Shown here: in pieces, positions 21,957 through 32,695 of the stretch
Numbering within the stretch: the first letter of the stretch is position 1
Layout: each line of letters begins with the position of its first letter
Source of the DNA: Candidatus Eiseniibacteriota bacterium
Lineage (GTDB): Bacteria > Eisenbacteria > RBG-16-71-46 > CAVPCR01
Reading direction: 5' to 3'
Length of the DNA: 64,000 nucleotides
Assembly (NCBI GenBank): GCA_963823555.1
Contig: CAWGMA010000001.1
Coordinates: 1,600,001 to 1,664,000 of the forward strand
Notes under the pieces: model-generated
Seen by the model: the letters and a program-made list of their open reading frames with translations, nothing else
The model's database searches: none
Told to the model about the DNA's origin: nothing
Position numbers and translations under genes: made by a program

Positions 21957-23618
21957 ATGGCGGATGATAGGAGCGAAGAGGCGGGATTCCAGGCTGCGTT
22001 CGACAGCTGGCTCGGTCATCTCACTGGAACCACGCGCCGCAAGCGCTTCGTGACGGGCTCCGGGATCGAGCTCCCGCCCGTGTTCGTCCCGGAAGCGGGG
22101 GCCGAGGGCCGCTACCGGGAGCACCTCGGCTTCCCCGGCCAGCCCCCGTTCACTCGTGGCGTGCATCCCACCATGTATCGCGGCCGGTTGTGGACCATGC
22201 GCCAGTATGCCGGCTTCGGCACGGCCGAGGAGTCCAACCGGCGCTATCACTACCTCCTCGCGCAAGGTCAGACCGGCCTCTCGGTGGCATTCGATCTGCC
22301 GACCCAGATGGGCTACGACTCGGATCACATGCTCGCCGAGGGCGAGGTGGGACGGGTCGGCGTCGCCATCGACTCGATCGCCGACATGGAGCATCTCCTC
22401 GCCGGCCTGCCCCTCGATCGCATCTCGACCTCGATGACGATCAACGCCACCGCCGGTCTCCTCCTCGGCCTCTATCTCCTGGTGGCCGAGGAACGGGGCT
22501 TTCCCGCGGCCCGGCTCTCCGGCACCGTGCAGAACGATCTCTTGAAGGAGTACGTCGCGCGCGGCACCTACATCTTCCCGCCGGCTCCGTCACTCCGCCT
22601 GACCACGGACATCATCGCCTTCTGCGTCGAGAACGTTCCCGGATGGAACCCGATCTCGATCTCCGGCTATCACATTCGCGAGGCGGGATCGACCGCCGTG
22701 CAAGAGGTGGCCTTCACGCTGGCCAACGGCATCACGTATGTCGAGTCCGCCCTCCGCCGCGGGCTCGACGCGGATGACTTCGGTCCACGGCTCTCCTTCT
22801 TCTTCAACGCGCACAATGACTTCATCGAGGAGGTGGCCAAGTTCCGCGCCGCCCGCCGGATGTGGGGCCGCATCATGCGCCAGCGCTTCGGGGCCACGAC
22901 CGACGCCGCCTGCCGCCTCCGCTTCCACACCCAGACCGCGGGCTCGACCCTCACCGCCCAGCAACCCGAGGTCAACGCGGTGCGCGTGGCCATTCAAGCC
23001 TTCGCCGCCGTCTGCGGGGGCACCCAGTCGCTCCACACCAACGCCCGGGACGAGGCTCTCTCCCTCCCCAGCGAGGCCGCAGCCAAGCTTGCGCTTCGCA
23101 CGCAGCAGGTGATCGCGGAGGAATCCGGCATCGCCAGCATCGTCGATCCGCTTGGCGGCTCCTATGCGGTCGAGAGCCTGACCGATCGCATCGAGGAGGA
23201 CGCCACCAAGCTCATTGCCGAGATCGATGGTATGGGCGGCGTATTGCGCGCGATCGAGACGGGCTGGATCCAGCGCGAGATCCATCGCTCGGCCTATCGT
23301 GCGCAGCGCGAGATGGAAGCTGGAGAGCGCCGCGTGGTCGGCGTCAACTGCCACGTCGAGGAGGAAGCCGCCCCGTCCCACTTCACTCTCGACCCCGCCA
23401 TCGAGGAGGCGCAGAAGCGGCGCCTGGCTGAGATCAGGCGCCGGCGCTCTGCGGAGGCAGTCGCCCGAGCGCTCGATCAGGTCAGGCGGGCCGCGGGCAG
23501 CGATGACAACCTGATGCCTTCCTTGATCGCCGCCCTGCGCACGCGCGCCACCATCGGCGAGATCTCGGATGCCCTGCGCAGTGTCTTCGGCGTCTTCCGC
23601 GAGGGCACGGTCTTGTAG
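21957..23618 (+). CDS. Methylmalonyl-CoA mutase, N-terminal (substrate-binding) subunit
   Basis: [42 protein letters not shown]; no B12-binding domain. Confidence 0.95.
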   Translation: MADDRSEEAGFQAAFDSWLGHLTGTTRRKRFVTGSGIELPPVFVPEAGAEGRYREHLGFPGQPPFTRGVHPTMYRGRLWTMRQYAGFGTAEESNRRYHYLLAQGQTGLSVAFDLPTQMGYDSDHMLAEGEVGRVGVAIDSIADMEHLLAGLPLDRISTSMTINATAGLLLGLYLLVAEERGFPAARLSGTVQNDLLKEYVARGTYIFPPAPSLRLTTDIIAFCVENVPGWNPISISGYHIREAGSTAVQEVAFTLANGITYVESALRRGLDADDFGPRLSFFFNAHNDFIEEVAKFRAARRMWGRIMRQRFGATTDAACRLRFHTQTAGSTLTAQQPEVNAVRVAIQAFAAVCGGTQSLHTNARDEALSLPSEAAAKLALRTQQVIAEESGIASIVDPLGGSYAVESLTDRIEEDATKLIAEIDGMGGVLRAIETGWIQREIHRSAYRAQREMEAGERRVVGVNCHVEEEAAPSHFTLDPAIEEAQKRRLAEIRRRRSAEAVARALDQVRRAAGSDDNLMPSLIAALRTRATIGEISDALRSVFGVFREGTVL

Positions 23619-23661
23619 TAGAGTCGCGTCCATACCGGTACCGGCCGCAGCAGGAGACTCC

Positions 23662-24093
23662 ATGCCCGTCAAGCGCATCGACCACATCGGCGTCGCGGTG
23701 AACGATGCCGCAAAGCTCGCCCGGATGTTCTGCGAGCTTCTCGGCACGGACCCTGCCGGCGAGGAGGAGCTCGAGGGCGAAGGCCTCGAGGTGTTCTCGG
23801 TCGCCGCGGGGGGCGATCACATCGAGTTCTTCACCCCCACGCGCGCCGACCACACGGTGCGTCGCTTTCTCGACAAGCGCGGGAATGCGATCCATCACAT
23901 CTGCATCGAAGTCGATGACCTCGACCATGAGCTCAAGCGGCTCAAGAACCTCGGGGTCGAGCTGGTGGACGAGAAACCACGCGCCGGGGCCCACGATCGC
24001 CGGGTCGCCTTTCTGCATCCGCGCTCGACCGGCGGCATCCTGATCGAACTCTCGGAACGGGCCAGCCATGGCCCGGCGGACCTCGCCCCCTAG
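23662..24093 (+). CDS. mce: Methylmalonyl-CoA epimerase
   Basis: IDHIGVAV, HHICIEV, AFLHPRSTGGILIEL; AGGAG SD before ATG 23662. Confidence 0.93.
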   Translation: MPVKRIDHIGVAVNDAAKLARMFCELLGTDPAGEEELEGEGLEVFSVAAGGDHIEFFTPTRADHTVRRFLDKRGNAIHHICIEVDDLDHELKRLKNLGVELVDEKPRAGAHDRRVAFLHPRSTGGILIELSERASHGPADLAP

Positions 24094-24098
24094 CCACC

Positions 24099-24680
24099 AT
24101 GAACGAACCAGCAATCGATTCCCTGGTCTGGCTCGCGGTTCCCTCCGAGCTCGGCGATATCGGCCTGGTCGCGTCGGCCGAAGCCCTGGTCGGCCTCCTC
24201 TTGCCCTCACGCAAGGCGGCGGCCACGGCCGTCCGCCAGCGCTTCGCCCCCGCTGAGCCGCGGCGCGGCACCAACCCCGTTCTGGCCCTTGTGGCCCATG
24301 ATCTCAAGCTCTACCTCGCCGGGGGCCACCCGGGCTTTTCTGCCCCTCTTGCCTTTCCCTATGCAACCGAATACGAGCGGGCCGTGTACGACACCATACG
24401 CATGATCCCCTTCGGCGAGACTCGACCCTACGGATGGGTGGCCGACCACGCCGGCGGCAGCCCCCAGTCGGCCGGGAATGCGCTCGGGAAGAACCCGCTC
24501 CCGATCATCGTCCCCTGTCATCGGGTCGTGGCTGCCCATGGGCTCGGCGGCTTCACAGGAGGTCTTCCGCTCAAGCGGAAGCTCCTCGAGCTCGAGCGGG
24601 CCTCGCCCATGAACCAGTTCGAGATCCCGCTGGCCACCCCCATCCCCGGGGCAGGGCGCCAGCGCTCACGCAAGCGATAA
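24099..24680 (+). CDS. ogt: Methylated-DNA-protein-cysteine methyltransferase
   Basis: IPFGETRPY, NPLPIIVPCHRVV, GLGGFTGG. Confidence 0.9.
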   Translation: MNEPAIDSLVWLAVPSELGDIGLVASAEALVGLLLPSRKAAATAVRQRFAPAEPRRGTNPVLALVAHDLKLYLAGGHPGFSAPLAFPYATEYERAVYDTIRMIPFGETRPYGWVADHAGGSPQSAGNALGKNPLPIIVPCHRVVAAHGLGGFTGGLPLKRKLLELERASPMNQFEIPLATPIPGAGRQRSRKR

Positions 24681-24686
24681 GAGAAC

Positions 24687-26279
24687 ATGAGCGAACAAGA
24701 TCCACGAAAAGACAGCCCATCACACCCGCCCAATCCCAAGGAGATCGAGGAGGATTTCGCGCGCTTTCTCCGCGACAAGTACGGTAACCAGGTGCAGATC
24801 CGCCTCATGTCGCCCTTCGGCACGCAGCCGGCTGGGCGATCGGAGGATCCCCCGTCCGAAGAGGACGAGGAAGACGCCCCCCCCAAGGTCCGCTTCGCTC
24901 ACAAGCCAGCGGACATCAAGGCGTATGTCGACCGCTTCGTCATTGCCCAGGAAGATGCCAAGAAGGTGCTGGCCACAGCCGTCTGTGACCACTACAACCA
25001 CATCCAGCGCTGTCGCGGGCCGCGCGAATGCCGCGACTACCAGAAGCAGAACGTGATCATGATCGGTTCGACCGGGATCGGAAAGACCTATCTGGTGCGG
25101 TCGATCGCCGATCTGATCGGCGTTCCCTTCGTGCGTGCCGATGCCACCAAGTTCTCCGAAACCGGATATGTCGGCGGCGACGTCGAGGACCTCGTCCGCG
25201 AGCTGGTCCACCGGGCTGATGGGTCCATCCGTCTCGCTGAGTACGGGATCATCTACCTCGACGAGATCGACAAGATCGCCACTCCGGCCAACGTGCTCGG
25301 GCGCGACGTCTCCGGCCGCGGCGTGCAGATGGGGCTCCTCAAGATGATGGAAGACACCGAGGTCCCCCTCCGCGCCGCCAGCGACATCACCGGCCAGCTG
25401 CAGGCCGTGATGGAGCTCCAGACCAAGGGCAAGACATCGCGCAAGACCATCAACACGCGTCATATCCTGTTCATCGTCTCCGGGGCGTTCACCGGCCTCA
25501 AGGAGATCGTCCGCCGGAGGGTCGGCCACCGCGCCATCGGTTTCGGCGGCCCCACCGAGTCTCACGCGCGCGATGAGGACTCCCTCCTTCTCGCCCAGAC
25601 CAAGTCGGCGGACTTCGTGTCCTTCGGCTTCGAGCCCGAGTTCATCGGTCGCCTCCCGGTGGTCGTGACCTGCCACGATCTATCGGTCGATCACCTCTTC
25701 GAGATCCTGACCCGTTCGGAGGGCTCGCTCCTTCACCAGTATCGCGATGCCTTCCAGGCCTATGGTATCGAGGTCGTCTTCACCGAGGCCGGCCTGCGCC
25801 GCATCGCCGAACTGGCTCATCGCGAGGGAACGGGAGCACGCGGCCTCGGCTCGGTTCTCGAGCGCACCTTGCGCGAGTTCAAGTTCACGCTGCCCGGTGG
25901 CAATGTGCGGCGCTTCGCGGTGACCGAGCATACGGTCGAGGACCCGCTCGCCGACCTGGCCACCGTGCTCGAGGGCGGCGAATACACCGAGCGGGCCGTG
26001 CTGCGCGAGCTGTTGCTCCACTACGAGCGGGAATTCGCCGGCCGCCATGGACTCGCCATTCGCTTCACCCCGGAGGCCGCCGAGGCGGTCATCAACAAGG
26101 CCCTCGAGATCGGCGGCTCACCGGCCGAAATCGCCGCCGCCCTCCTCCAGGGCTACGAGCACGGGCTCAACCTCATCAAGGCACAGACCGGGCGCACCGA
26201 GTTCGAGATATCCCGGGAAGTCCTCGATCGGCCGGGCGAGGTTCTGAGCCGCTGGGTACGCGAGGCCTGCAGCCGCTGA
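24687..26279 (+). CDS. ClpX-like AAA+ ATPase lacking the N-terminal zinc-binding domain, with C-terminal extension
   Basis: GSTGIGKT, ADATKFSETGYVGGDVE, YLDEIDK, RDVSGRGVQ, IGF loop, PEFIGRLP, TGARGL. Confidence 0.85.
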   Translation: MSEQDPRKDSPSHPPNPKEIEEDFARFLRDKYGNQVQIRLMSPFGTQPAGRSEDPPSEEDEEDAPPKVRFAHKPADIKAYVDRFVIAQEDAKKVLATAVCDHYNHIQRCRGPRECRDYQKQNVIMIGSTGIGKTYLVRSIADLIGVPFVRADATKFSETGYVGGDVEDLVRELVHRADGSIRLAEYGIIYLDEIDKIATPANVLGRDVSGRGVQMGLLKMMEDTEVPLRAASDITGQLQAVMELQTKGKTSRKTINTRHILFIVSGAFTGLKEIVRRRVGHRAIGFGGPTESHARDEDSLLLAQTKSADFVSFGFEPEFIGRLPVVVTCHDLSVDHLFEILTRSEGSLLHQYRDAFQAYGIEVVFTEAGLRRIAELAHREGTGARGLGSVLERTLREFKFTLPGGNVRRFAVTEHTVEDPLADLATVLEGGEYTERAVLRELLLHYEREFAGRHGLAIRFTPEAAEAVINKALEIGGSPAEIAAALLQGYEHGLNLIKAQTGRTEFEISREVLDRPGEVLSRWVREACSR

Positions 26280-26321
26280 TCGCCGCTGCCGGCACCACCG
26301 CCAACGACGGCTGGTGGAGCG

Positions 26322-27203
26322 CTACTCCGTGACCGCCACGTTCGGCCGCCCGGCGTCGCTCGGCGACAGGCGGAAATCGTTCCCGCCGATGTCATTGCCG
26401 ACAACGACTCGCGCCGCCCGCGTTGCCGCCGTGAACCCCGTCGCACTCGCCTCGAGCGAATAGCTGTCAGGCAAGAGGCCCACGAGCATGTAGTGGCCGT
26501 CGCTGTCCGTCGCCGTCGAGGACACGATCTCGCCATCCCGCACCGCGGTGATGGTGGCATGGGCCAGCACGACGTCATCACCCAGGTTGGCCGGGGAACC
26601 CGCGTTGCTCCACACCACGCCGGAGAGCGAACCGGTCTCCGACAGGTTGGCGCAACGCAGAGAAGGTCGGAAGAAGAACTCCCGGATCTCATCGGAATGC
26701 GTGGCGCTCGCCGGAATCGGGTGGAAGGAGCGGCTCACATCGAAGTCGAGGAGCAACTCGGTCGTGAGCGAGCCGACGACCTCGATGGTGGGATCCGGGA
26801 AGATCTTGATTCCGCTCTGCTCCCCGCTGGGGATGTCGAGATCGAACGTGCGGCCGTCCTTGAGGGTCACCGACGCCTCGCGGACGTGGAGCCGGATCTG
26901 GCTCAGGGTTCCCACCGGCACCTCGGCATCCACCAGGGGAGCGGTGATGCCGTTGGTGAGCTCGAGGAGGTTCAAGCGGTGGTCGTTTTCGTCGACGACA
27001 GCCCATCCGGTCGCGTCGCTGCGGTCTCCCGTGACATGGACCTCGACGCGATCGATCCAGACAATGGCCGAGTCGAGCACCTCGAACGCGAAGGGGGCAT
27101 CGGACACGGCAATGCGCACGCGCCCGGTTTCGTCCGACTCGCCGCACCCCAGCGCGAGCAGGCAGACGAGCGAGAACATGAGCAGTCGCGGGTGCTGGGA
27201 CAT
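26322..27203 (-). CDS. DUF4382 lipoprotein with carboxypeptidase-regulatory-like domain
   Basis: LALGC lipobox; SDAP, NLLELTNG, QIRL, IPSGEQSGIK, LDFDVSRSF; TDSDGHY..GL.P..Y. Confidence 0.8.
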   Translation of the reverse strand: MSQHPRLLMFSLVCLLALGCGESDETGRVRIAVSDAPFAFEVLDSAIVWIDRVEVHVTGDRSDATGWAVVDENDHRLNLLELTNGITAPLVDAEVPVGTLSQIRLHVREASVTLKDGRTFDLDIPSGEQSGIKIFPDPTIEVVGSLTTELLLDFDVSRSFHPIPASATHSDEIREFFFRPSLRCANLSETGSLSGVVWSNAGSPANLGDDVVLAHATITAVRDGEIVSSTATDSDGHYMLVGLLPDSYSLEASATGFTAATRAARVVVGNDIGGNDFRLSPSDAGRPNVAVTE

Positions 27204-27379
27204 GATGGAATCTCCTGCCAGAACCGAAGCCGCCGCGGATGACGCTCTGCGCGCCGGGCGACCAGCTGGACGTTCGCTGTCGCAGGAACCCTTTGCAGGG
27301 TTCGTGCCAGCACCTGGGGGATGGCGCCCGCGGCTGCGTCGTAGCCTGTGGACCTGCTCTGGCCACGAGCCGGGTGAGT

Positions 27380-30300
27380 TCACCCGGCCCCTTCGGGTCG
27401 GCTCCCCCGCTCGATCCCGCGCGTTTCACGAGCCGCCCGCGCCGCGTACAGCTCGCGATGGAGCGGCACGTTCTCGATCATCAGGTCACGAAAGGCCTCC
27501 GGCGCGCCCTCTTGCAGACCTGCGAGAATGCGACTCGCCGCATCCAGGTGACTCGGATCCCCGGTCAGCGTCCAGAGGAGATGGTGGATCTCCATCTTGA
27601 TCCGCGCCCCGAGCCGCCCCGAACGCTCCGTGAAGGCCTTGCTCAGAGCCTCCGGACCCTCTCCGGGGAGGCTTGCCAGATACACCGAGGCCAGGAGCTC
27701 CTCATCGACGAGATCCATCTCCCTCGCCGCCGCCAGGGCTTCGACCAGCAGCGGCCGGGCCTCATCGCGCCGCCCCTGCCGCACCAACCACCAACCGAGG
27801 GCGATGAGCAGACCCGGCACCCCCGCAGCGAACCCGGCGCTCTGGCGCCGTTCGAGCGCCTCCCGATAGAGCGGCTCGACGCGATCGGCCTCCCCCGCCT
27901 GCTCCATGACCCTGGCGAGCGAGTAGAGGGCAAAGGACTCGAGCATGGCCGAGCCCAGCGCCCGCGCCCGCTCGAGCGCCCCCTCGATGTGAGCACGCGC
28001 CGCCCCGGTGTCGCCAAGGAGGAGACAGACATCACCCAGATTGCCCTCGGCGATGGCCTCTCCGCGCCGGTAGCCGATCTCGCGACAGAGCGCGAGATGG
28101 CGCTCGTCGTACTCCTTGGCGTCCGCCAGACGGCCGAGCTGGAAGAACAGCACGCCCAGGTTGCCGACCGCGATGGCCTCGCCCTGCTTGAAACCGATCT
28201 CCTCCGACAACGCCAGGTGCCGCTCATAGCGCTGGCGCGCTTCCTCGAACCGTCCCTGCTCGAACAGACGGGTCCCCAGGTTGCCGGTGGCGATGGCCTC
28301 GCCACGCCGGTAGCCGATCTCCCGGCAGAGAACGAGTTGCCGCTCCTGATGCGCGGAGCCCTCGGGATCCCCGCTATCAGCGAGAAGCACGCCGAGATTG
28401 CCCTCCGCGGCGGCTTCACCCATGCGGTCCCCGAGCTCCCTGCTGAGTGCGAGGCAGCGCTCCTGCAACCGCCGCGCCTCATCCACGCGCGACAGCGATC
28501 TCATCGCGAGGCCGAGATCCCCGGTGGCCTTGGCCTCTGCCGGGCGGTCGCCCGCGGCCACAGCCAGGGCCAGGGCGCGCTCGAGCTCACGCGCTGCCGC
28601 CTCATGCTCGCCGAGCGAGTGCAGGACATCCCCGTACCGGCGCCTGGTGCCCGATTCCTCGGCGCGATCAGGTCCATCGGCGGCCAGCTCGACGGCAGCG
28701 GCCAGTAGATCCCGAGCGGTCGACGGGTCTCCAGCTTGCATGTGATGCCAGCCCAACCGACCCAGGACACGCGCCCGGAGTCCGGGGTCCCCGATCATCT
28801 CGGAAAGCTGGCTCGCCTCCTCGAGGGCCGCAGCCTCCTCCTCGCGGTGGCCAGCCAGATCGAGTCGCATCGCGCGGCGCAGGAGCACCTCGCAGCGCTC
28901 GCGGCCGTTGATGAGATCGGGCACCGCAAGCGCACGGGCTGCAAGGCCGGCCGCACCCGCATTCTGGTAGCGATCCTCGAGGGCGGTGAGCGCTGCATCG
29001 AGATAGCGGTACGCCCGCGCCCCCTCCCCGCCCGAGAGGAAGTGCTCGCACAGCGCCACCACCACCTCGGCCCGGCACCGGCAAGGATCCATCTCGGCCG
29101 CTTTCTCTCGGGCCTCCAGGGCCGACCCCAATGCCGAGTGGTAGTGCTCGCGCAGGCCGGCGAAGATGCCCGAGTAGAGGACCTCCTGCACCTGGTGGTG
29201 ATCGAACACGTAGCGCCGCCCGGCGGCATGCACCAGACGCTCCTCGCGTTCGATCCTCGCAAAGCGGCGGAGCGTCGGAATCAGATCCTGCTCGAGCGCG
29301 GCGGCAACGAGCGTCGGATCGAAATCGAACCCCACGCAGGCTGACACCTCGAGAAGCTCGCGGTCTTCCTCCGACAAGTTCGCGATTCGAGCCTGGATCA
29401 GATCGCGGACCGAACCGGGGATCTGGATCTCACCGATGTTCATCGTGCGGACCCAGCGCCCATTCTCGTCGCGCGTGAGGAACCGTCCTTCGCGCAGCTC
29501 GCGCAGGATCTCGAAGACGAAGAAGGGATTGCCGTCCGACTTGGCGGCGACCCGCGGCGCGAGCTCCGCGGCAAGATCCGCAGAATGGAGGGCGTCGGCG
29601 AGCAGCTCCGCCAGCTCCACGGATCCCAGGCGTGACACCGTCACGAGCTCGGCATGACCCAGGCCCAGGATGCTGGCGATCCAGGGCGGCGGCAGGCCCG
29701 GACGCGTGGTCCCCACGAGCAGCACGCGATGCGTGGCCACGGCCAGGGCGAGCGCCGTGAAGAGAGCTCTTCCCTCCTCCGGCGCGAAATGCAGGTCTTC
29801 GATCAGCATGACGACGGGCCGCTCCGCGGCGAGCGAGCGCGTCACGTGCACGAAGGCCGTCGGCAACGAGTCTCTCGTCAGCGGCTCGACCTGTCGCGGC
29901 TGAGCATCCCCCCGGAGCAGGGCGGCGAACGCAGGAATGAGAAGCGGCGTCACCGTGAGATGCGCGGCGAGCGCATCGGCGAGCCCTTCTTCCCCGAAGT
30001 GCTCGCGCAAGGCCGCGATAAAAGCCCCCGTACCGGTGGCGGCCCCACCAGGCGGATAGCCGCCGAACAAGAAATGCGGATTCTCACCACGCTCTCGGAG
30101 TCCGCCCACGAACTCATCCACGAGTCGTGTCTTGCCGATACCCGCCTCGCCCTCCACCAGCACGGCCTGCCCCTGGCCGTTCGCTACCTTGCGGTACAAG
30201 GCATCGAGCTTCTCGAGCTCGGCCTTCCGCCCGTAGAGACCCGTCTCCCGTGGCACCCGTACCCGCCGTGGCGGACGCAGCGTGAGCATCCGGATCTCGG

Positions 30301-31174
30301 TGGTGCGCTTGCGCCACCACGTGGAGCGCTCACCCTCATCCAGGACGGCTCCAACCTCGGCCGCCGAGGTGAATCGCCGCGCCGGATCCTTCGCGAGGAG
30401 CGTCCTCACCACCTCCTCGAAGAAGGCGGAGAGCTGCGGATTCTGGCGACCCACGGGATCGGGCTCCTCCTTGACGATCCGGTCCATCACCGCCCGGACG
30501 TCCGCGCCGGCGAAAGGATGGCAGCCCGTCGAGAGCTCGTAGAGCACGATACCGAGAGCGTGCAGATCGGCACGACCGTCCAGCGCCCGAGCGTCGCTGG
30601 CAAACTGTTCCGGCGCCGCGTAGCGGGTCGAGTCCGCGAGGGCGTCGCTCGCGGACAACTGGATCGCCGCGTCAGCCACGCGTGCCAGACCGAGATTCAT
30701 CAGCTTGACGGCGTGTTCCGCCGTGATGAGAACGTTCTCCGGGCGCAGATCGCGGTGAACGAGGCCGGCGCCATGCACGGGAACGAGCGCTCGCGTGATC
30801 TCGCGAGCCACATGAAGACACAGCTCCTCGGGAGCTCGCCCCAGCTCGGCCATCAATTCGCGCAGCGTCTGCCCCGGGACGTACTCGAGGACGAGGAACG
30901 GCGCCGGAGGCGAGCTGTCCTCGATGGTGCCGACATCGAGGATCTCCACCAGGTTGGGATGTCTGATGGCACGGGCTTGCTCGATGTCGTGCGGGAGCTG
31001 ATCCCGGAGTCCCGGCACGCCGAGCACATGCGCGTGGAACACCTTGAGCGCCACTTGCACCGACGACGCAACGCCCGCAGCCGTGGGCTCTGCGAGGTAG
31101 ACGCGGCTCGATCTCCCGGCGCCAAGCTCGCCCACCAGGTGATAGGAACCGATCTGCGTACCGATCAACGTCAT
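27380..31174 (-). CDS. Ser/Thr kinase-like domain + AAA ATPase + TPR protein
   Basis: VALK, HRDLRPEN, YAAPEQ; GEAGIGKTRL, EDLHFA, GNPFFV; repeated REIGYRRGEAIA.GNLG TPRs. Confidence 0.9.
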   Translation of the reverse strand: MTLIGTQIGSYHLVGELGAGRSSRVYLAEPTAAGVASSVQVALKVFHAHVLGVPGLRDQLPHDIEQARAIRHPNLVEILDVGTIEDSSPPAPFLVLEYVPGQTLRELMAELGRAPEELCLHVAREITRALVPVHGAGLVHRDLRPENVLITAEHAVKLMNLGLARVADAAIQLSASDALADSTRYAAPEQFASDARALDGRADLHALGIVLYELSTGCHPFAGADVRAVMDRIVKEEPDPVGRQNPQLSAFFEEVVRTLLAKDPARRFTSAAEVGAVLDEGERSTWWRKRTTEIRMLTLRPPRRVRVPRETGLYGRKAELEKLDALYRKVANGQGQAVLVEGEAGIGKTRLVDEFVGGLRERGENPHFLFGGYPPGGAATGTGAFIAALREHFGEEGLADALAAHLTVTPLLIPAFAALLRGDAQPRQVEPLTRDSLPTAFVHVTRSLAAERPVVMLIEDLHFAPEEGRALFTALALAVATHRVLLVGTTRPGLPPPWIASILGLGHAELVTVSRLGSVELAELLADALHSADLAAELAPRVAAKSDGNPFFVFEILRELREGRFLTRDENGRWVRTMNIGEIQIPGSVRDLIQARIANLSEEDRELLEVSACVGFDFDPTLVAAALEQDLIPTLRRFARIEREERLVHAAGRRYVFDHHQVQEVLYSGIFAGLREHYHSALGSALEAREKAAEMDPCRCRAEVVVALCEHFLSGGEGARAYRYLDAALTALEDRYQNAGAAGLAARALAVPDLINGRERCEVLLRRAMRLDLAGHREEEAAALEEASQLSEMIGDPGLRARVLGRLGWHHMQAGDPSTARDLLAAAVELAADGPDRAEESGTRRRYGDVLHSLGEHEAAARELERALALAVAAGDRPAEAKATGDLGLAMRSLSRVDEARRLQERCLALSRELGDRMGEAAAEGNLGVLLADSGDPEGSAHQERQLVLCREIGYRRGEAIATGNLGTRLFEQGRFEEARQRYERHLALSEEIGFKQGEAIAVGNLGVLFFQLGRLADAKEYDERHLALCREIGYRRGEAIAEGNLGDVCLLLGDTGAARAHIEGALERARALGSAMLESFALYSLARVMEQAGEADRVEPLYREALERRQSAGFAAGVPGLLIALGWWLVRQGRRDEARPLLVEALAAAREMDLVDEELLASVYLASLPGEGPEALSKAFTERSGRLGARIKMEIHHLLWTLTGDPSHLDAASRILAGLQEGAPEAFRDLMIENVPLHRELYAARAARETRGIERGSRPEGAG

Positions 31175-31396
31175 CGACGGGCCGGGACGCTCATGGGACT
31201 GGGGTCAGGGAGCATCATCGATCATCCCCTGATCGGGCAGCCAACGCTCACCACCGTTGCGGCCGGAGGCCTTCAGATCAGCCTTCCGCTCGTTGTCCGG
31301 TATCGGTCGAGATGGTATGTTACACTCTTCTCCCCCATCCAGCTCATTCCTTGGGCTGGAATTCGCTATTCTCAACGTAAGTCCAGGGGATCACGA

Positions 31397-32695
31397 ATGC
31401 TACGACCCTCGGCGTCTCCGCGCCGCCTGCGAACATCCACGACCCCCTTCGTCGTGGCGGCCATCACAGCGATCACTCTCGGCACTCTCGGCGGCGCCTG
31501 CGGCCGCGGGGAGAAGGCTCCGGACTCGAGCGGTGTCTCCGACACCACCGCCTACCGCGGCGCATCCACGCTCATGGACACGACGGCCCAGATCGCGGCG
31601 CTCGAGAAATTCATCGCCAGTTATCCGGAAAGCGCCTTCCGGGGCCGCTCCTACCGCCGCCTCTATGATCTCAAGGCAGCCGGCGATCACGCGGCCGCCG
31701 CCGACTTCGCGCGCCGCGCACTGCGCAAGGAGAAGCAAGCGGAGGCGCGGTCCGCTCTCCATTACGTCCTGTTCAAGCACGCGATGGCGTACGAGCCCAC
31801 GGCAACCCCGGAAGTCGTCAAGACGGCGATGGCCGACAAGGCCGACCTCGACTATACGATCTTCAACGCCATGGCCTGGGACATGGCGGAGAGGGGCATC
31901 GACCTCGATCTGGCCCTCAGAGCCGCCGACAAGAGCCTGGCCGGCGCCCCCGACAGCCTGGGGCAGGCCACCGTCCTCGACACCAAGGGCTGGATCTACT
32001 ACCGGCAAGGAGATCACGAGAACGCCATCGCCACGCTGCGCCAAGCCAACGCGCTCTCGCCCGAGCCCTACCAGGAGATCGAGGTCCATCTCGCCCAGGC
32101 GCTCGAGGCGGGTGGCCTGAAGGCCGAGGCGCGCGACGCCTACGTCGCGCAGCTCCTGACCCAGGAGAACCCGGAGTTCCGCGAGCGCGTGACCCTCCTC
32201 ACGACGGAGCTTGGAGGCTCTCCCGCCGAGGTCCTGGCCGAGATCGATCGGCAGCGCGAGGAGGCCGCCACCCCGGCGCCCAACTTCACCCTCCGGGACT
32301 ACGCGGGCGAGGAGGTGAGCCTCTCAGACTTCCGGGGCCAGGTCGTGCTCCTCAACTTCTGGCATCCCACCTGAGGACCTTGCCGTGCGGAGTATCCGCA
32401 CCTCCAGCAGATCTACGAGAAGTACAAGGACCGGGGCTTCACGGTGCTCTCGATGGAGGTCTCGAATCGCCCGCCCCTGGCTCAGGACTTCGTGACGCAG
32501 GTCGGAGCCACGTTCCCGATCGTCAACGACGATCAGGGCCTCGCCCGGACGCTCTTCCAGGTGACGGGCACCCCCACCAACATCGTGATCGATCGCCGCG
32601 GACGGATGTTCTTCCGCTCGATGGGGTTTGCGCCGGGCTTCGAGAACATGCGCGCGGCCGAGATCGAGTACCTGCTCGACCGGGATCGGGTCTAG
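31397..32695 (+). CDS. Selenocysteine-containing exported TPR + TlpA/redoxin protein (UxxC), 432 aa
   Basis: Frame reads ...LLNFWHPT-TGA(32372)-GPCRAEYPHLQQIYEKYKDRGFTVLS... into ORF 32444..32695 (VTGTPTNIVIDRRG); hairpin follows the UGA; N-terminal signal and TPR (LDTKGWIYY). Confidence 0.88.
32385..32401 (+). promoter_or_regulatory. Putative bacterial SECIS element
   Basis: GTGCGGA-GTA-TCCGCAC stem-loop starting 10 nt after the UGA, G in the loop. Confidence 0.75.

Noticed and set aside
29654..31396. N-terminal 581 aa of the 906-aa ORF
   Set aside because: Mostly an antisense shadow of the kinase gene; the real protein begins at ATG 31397 with a signal peptide.
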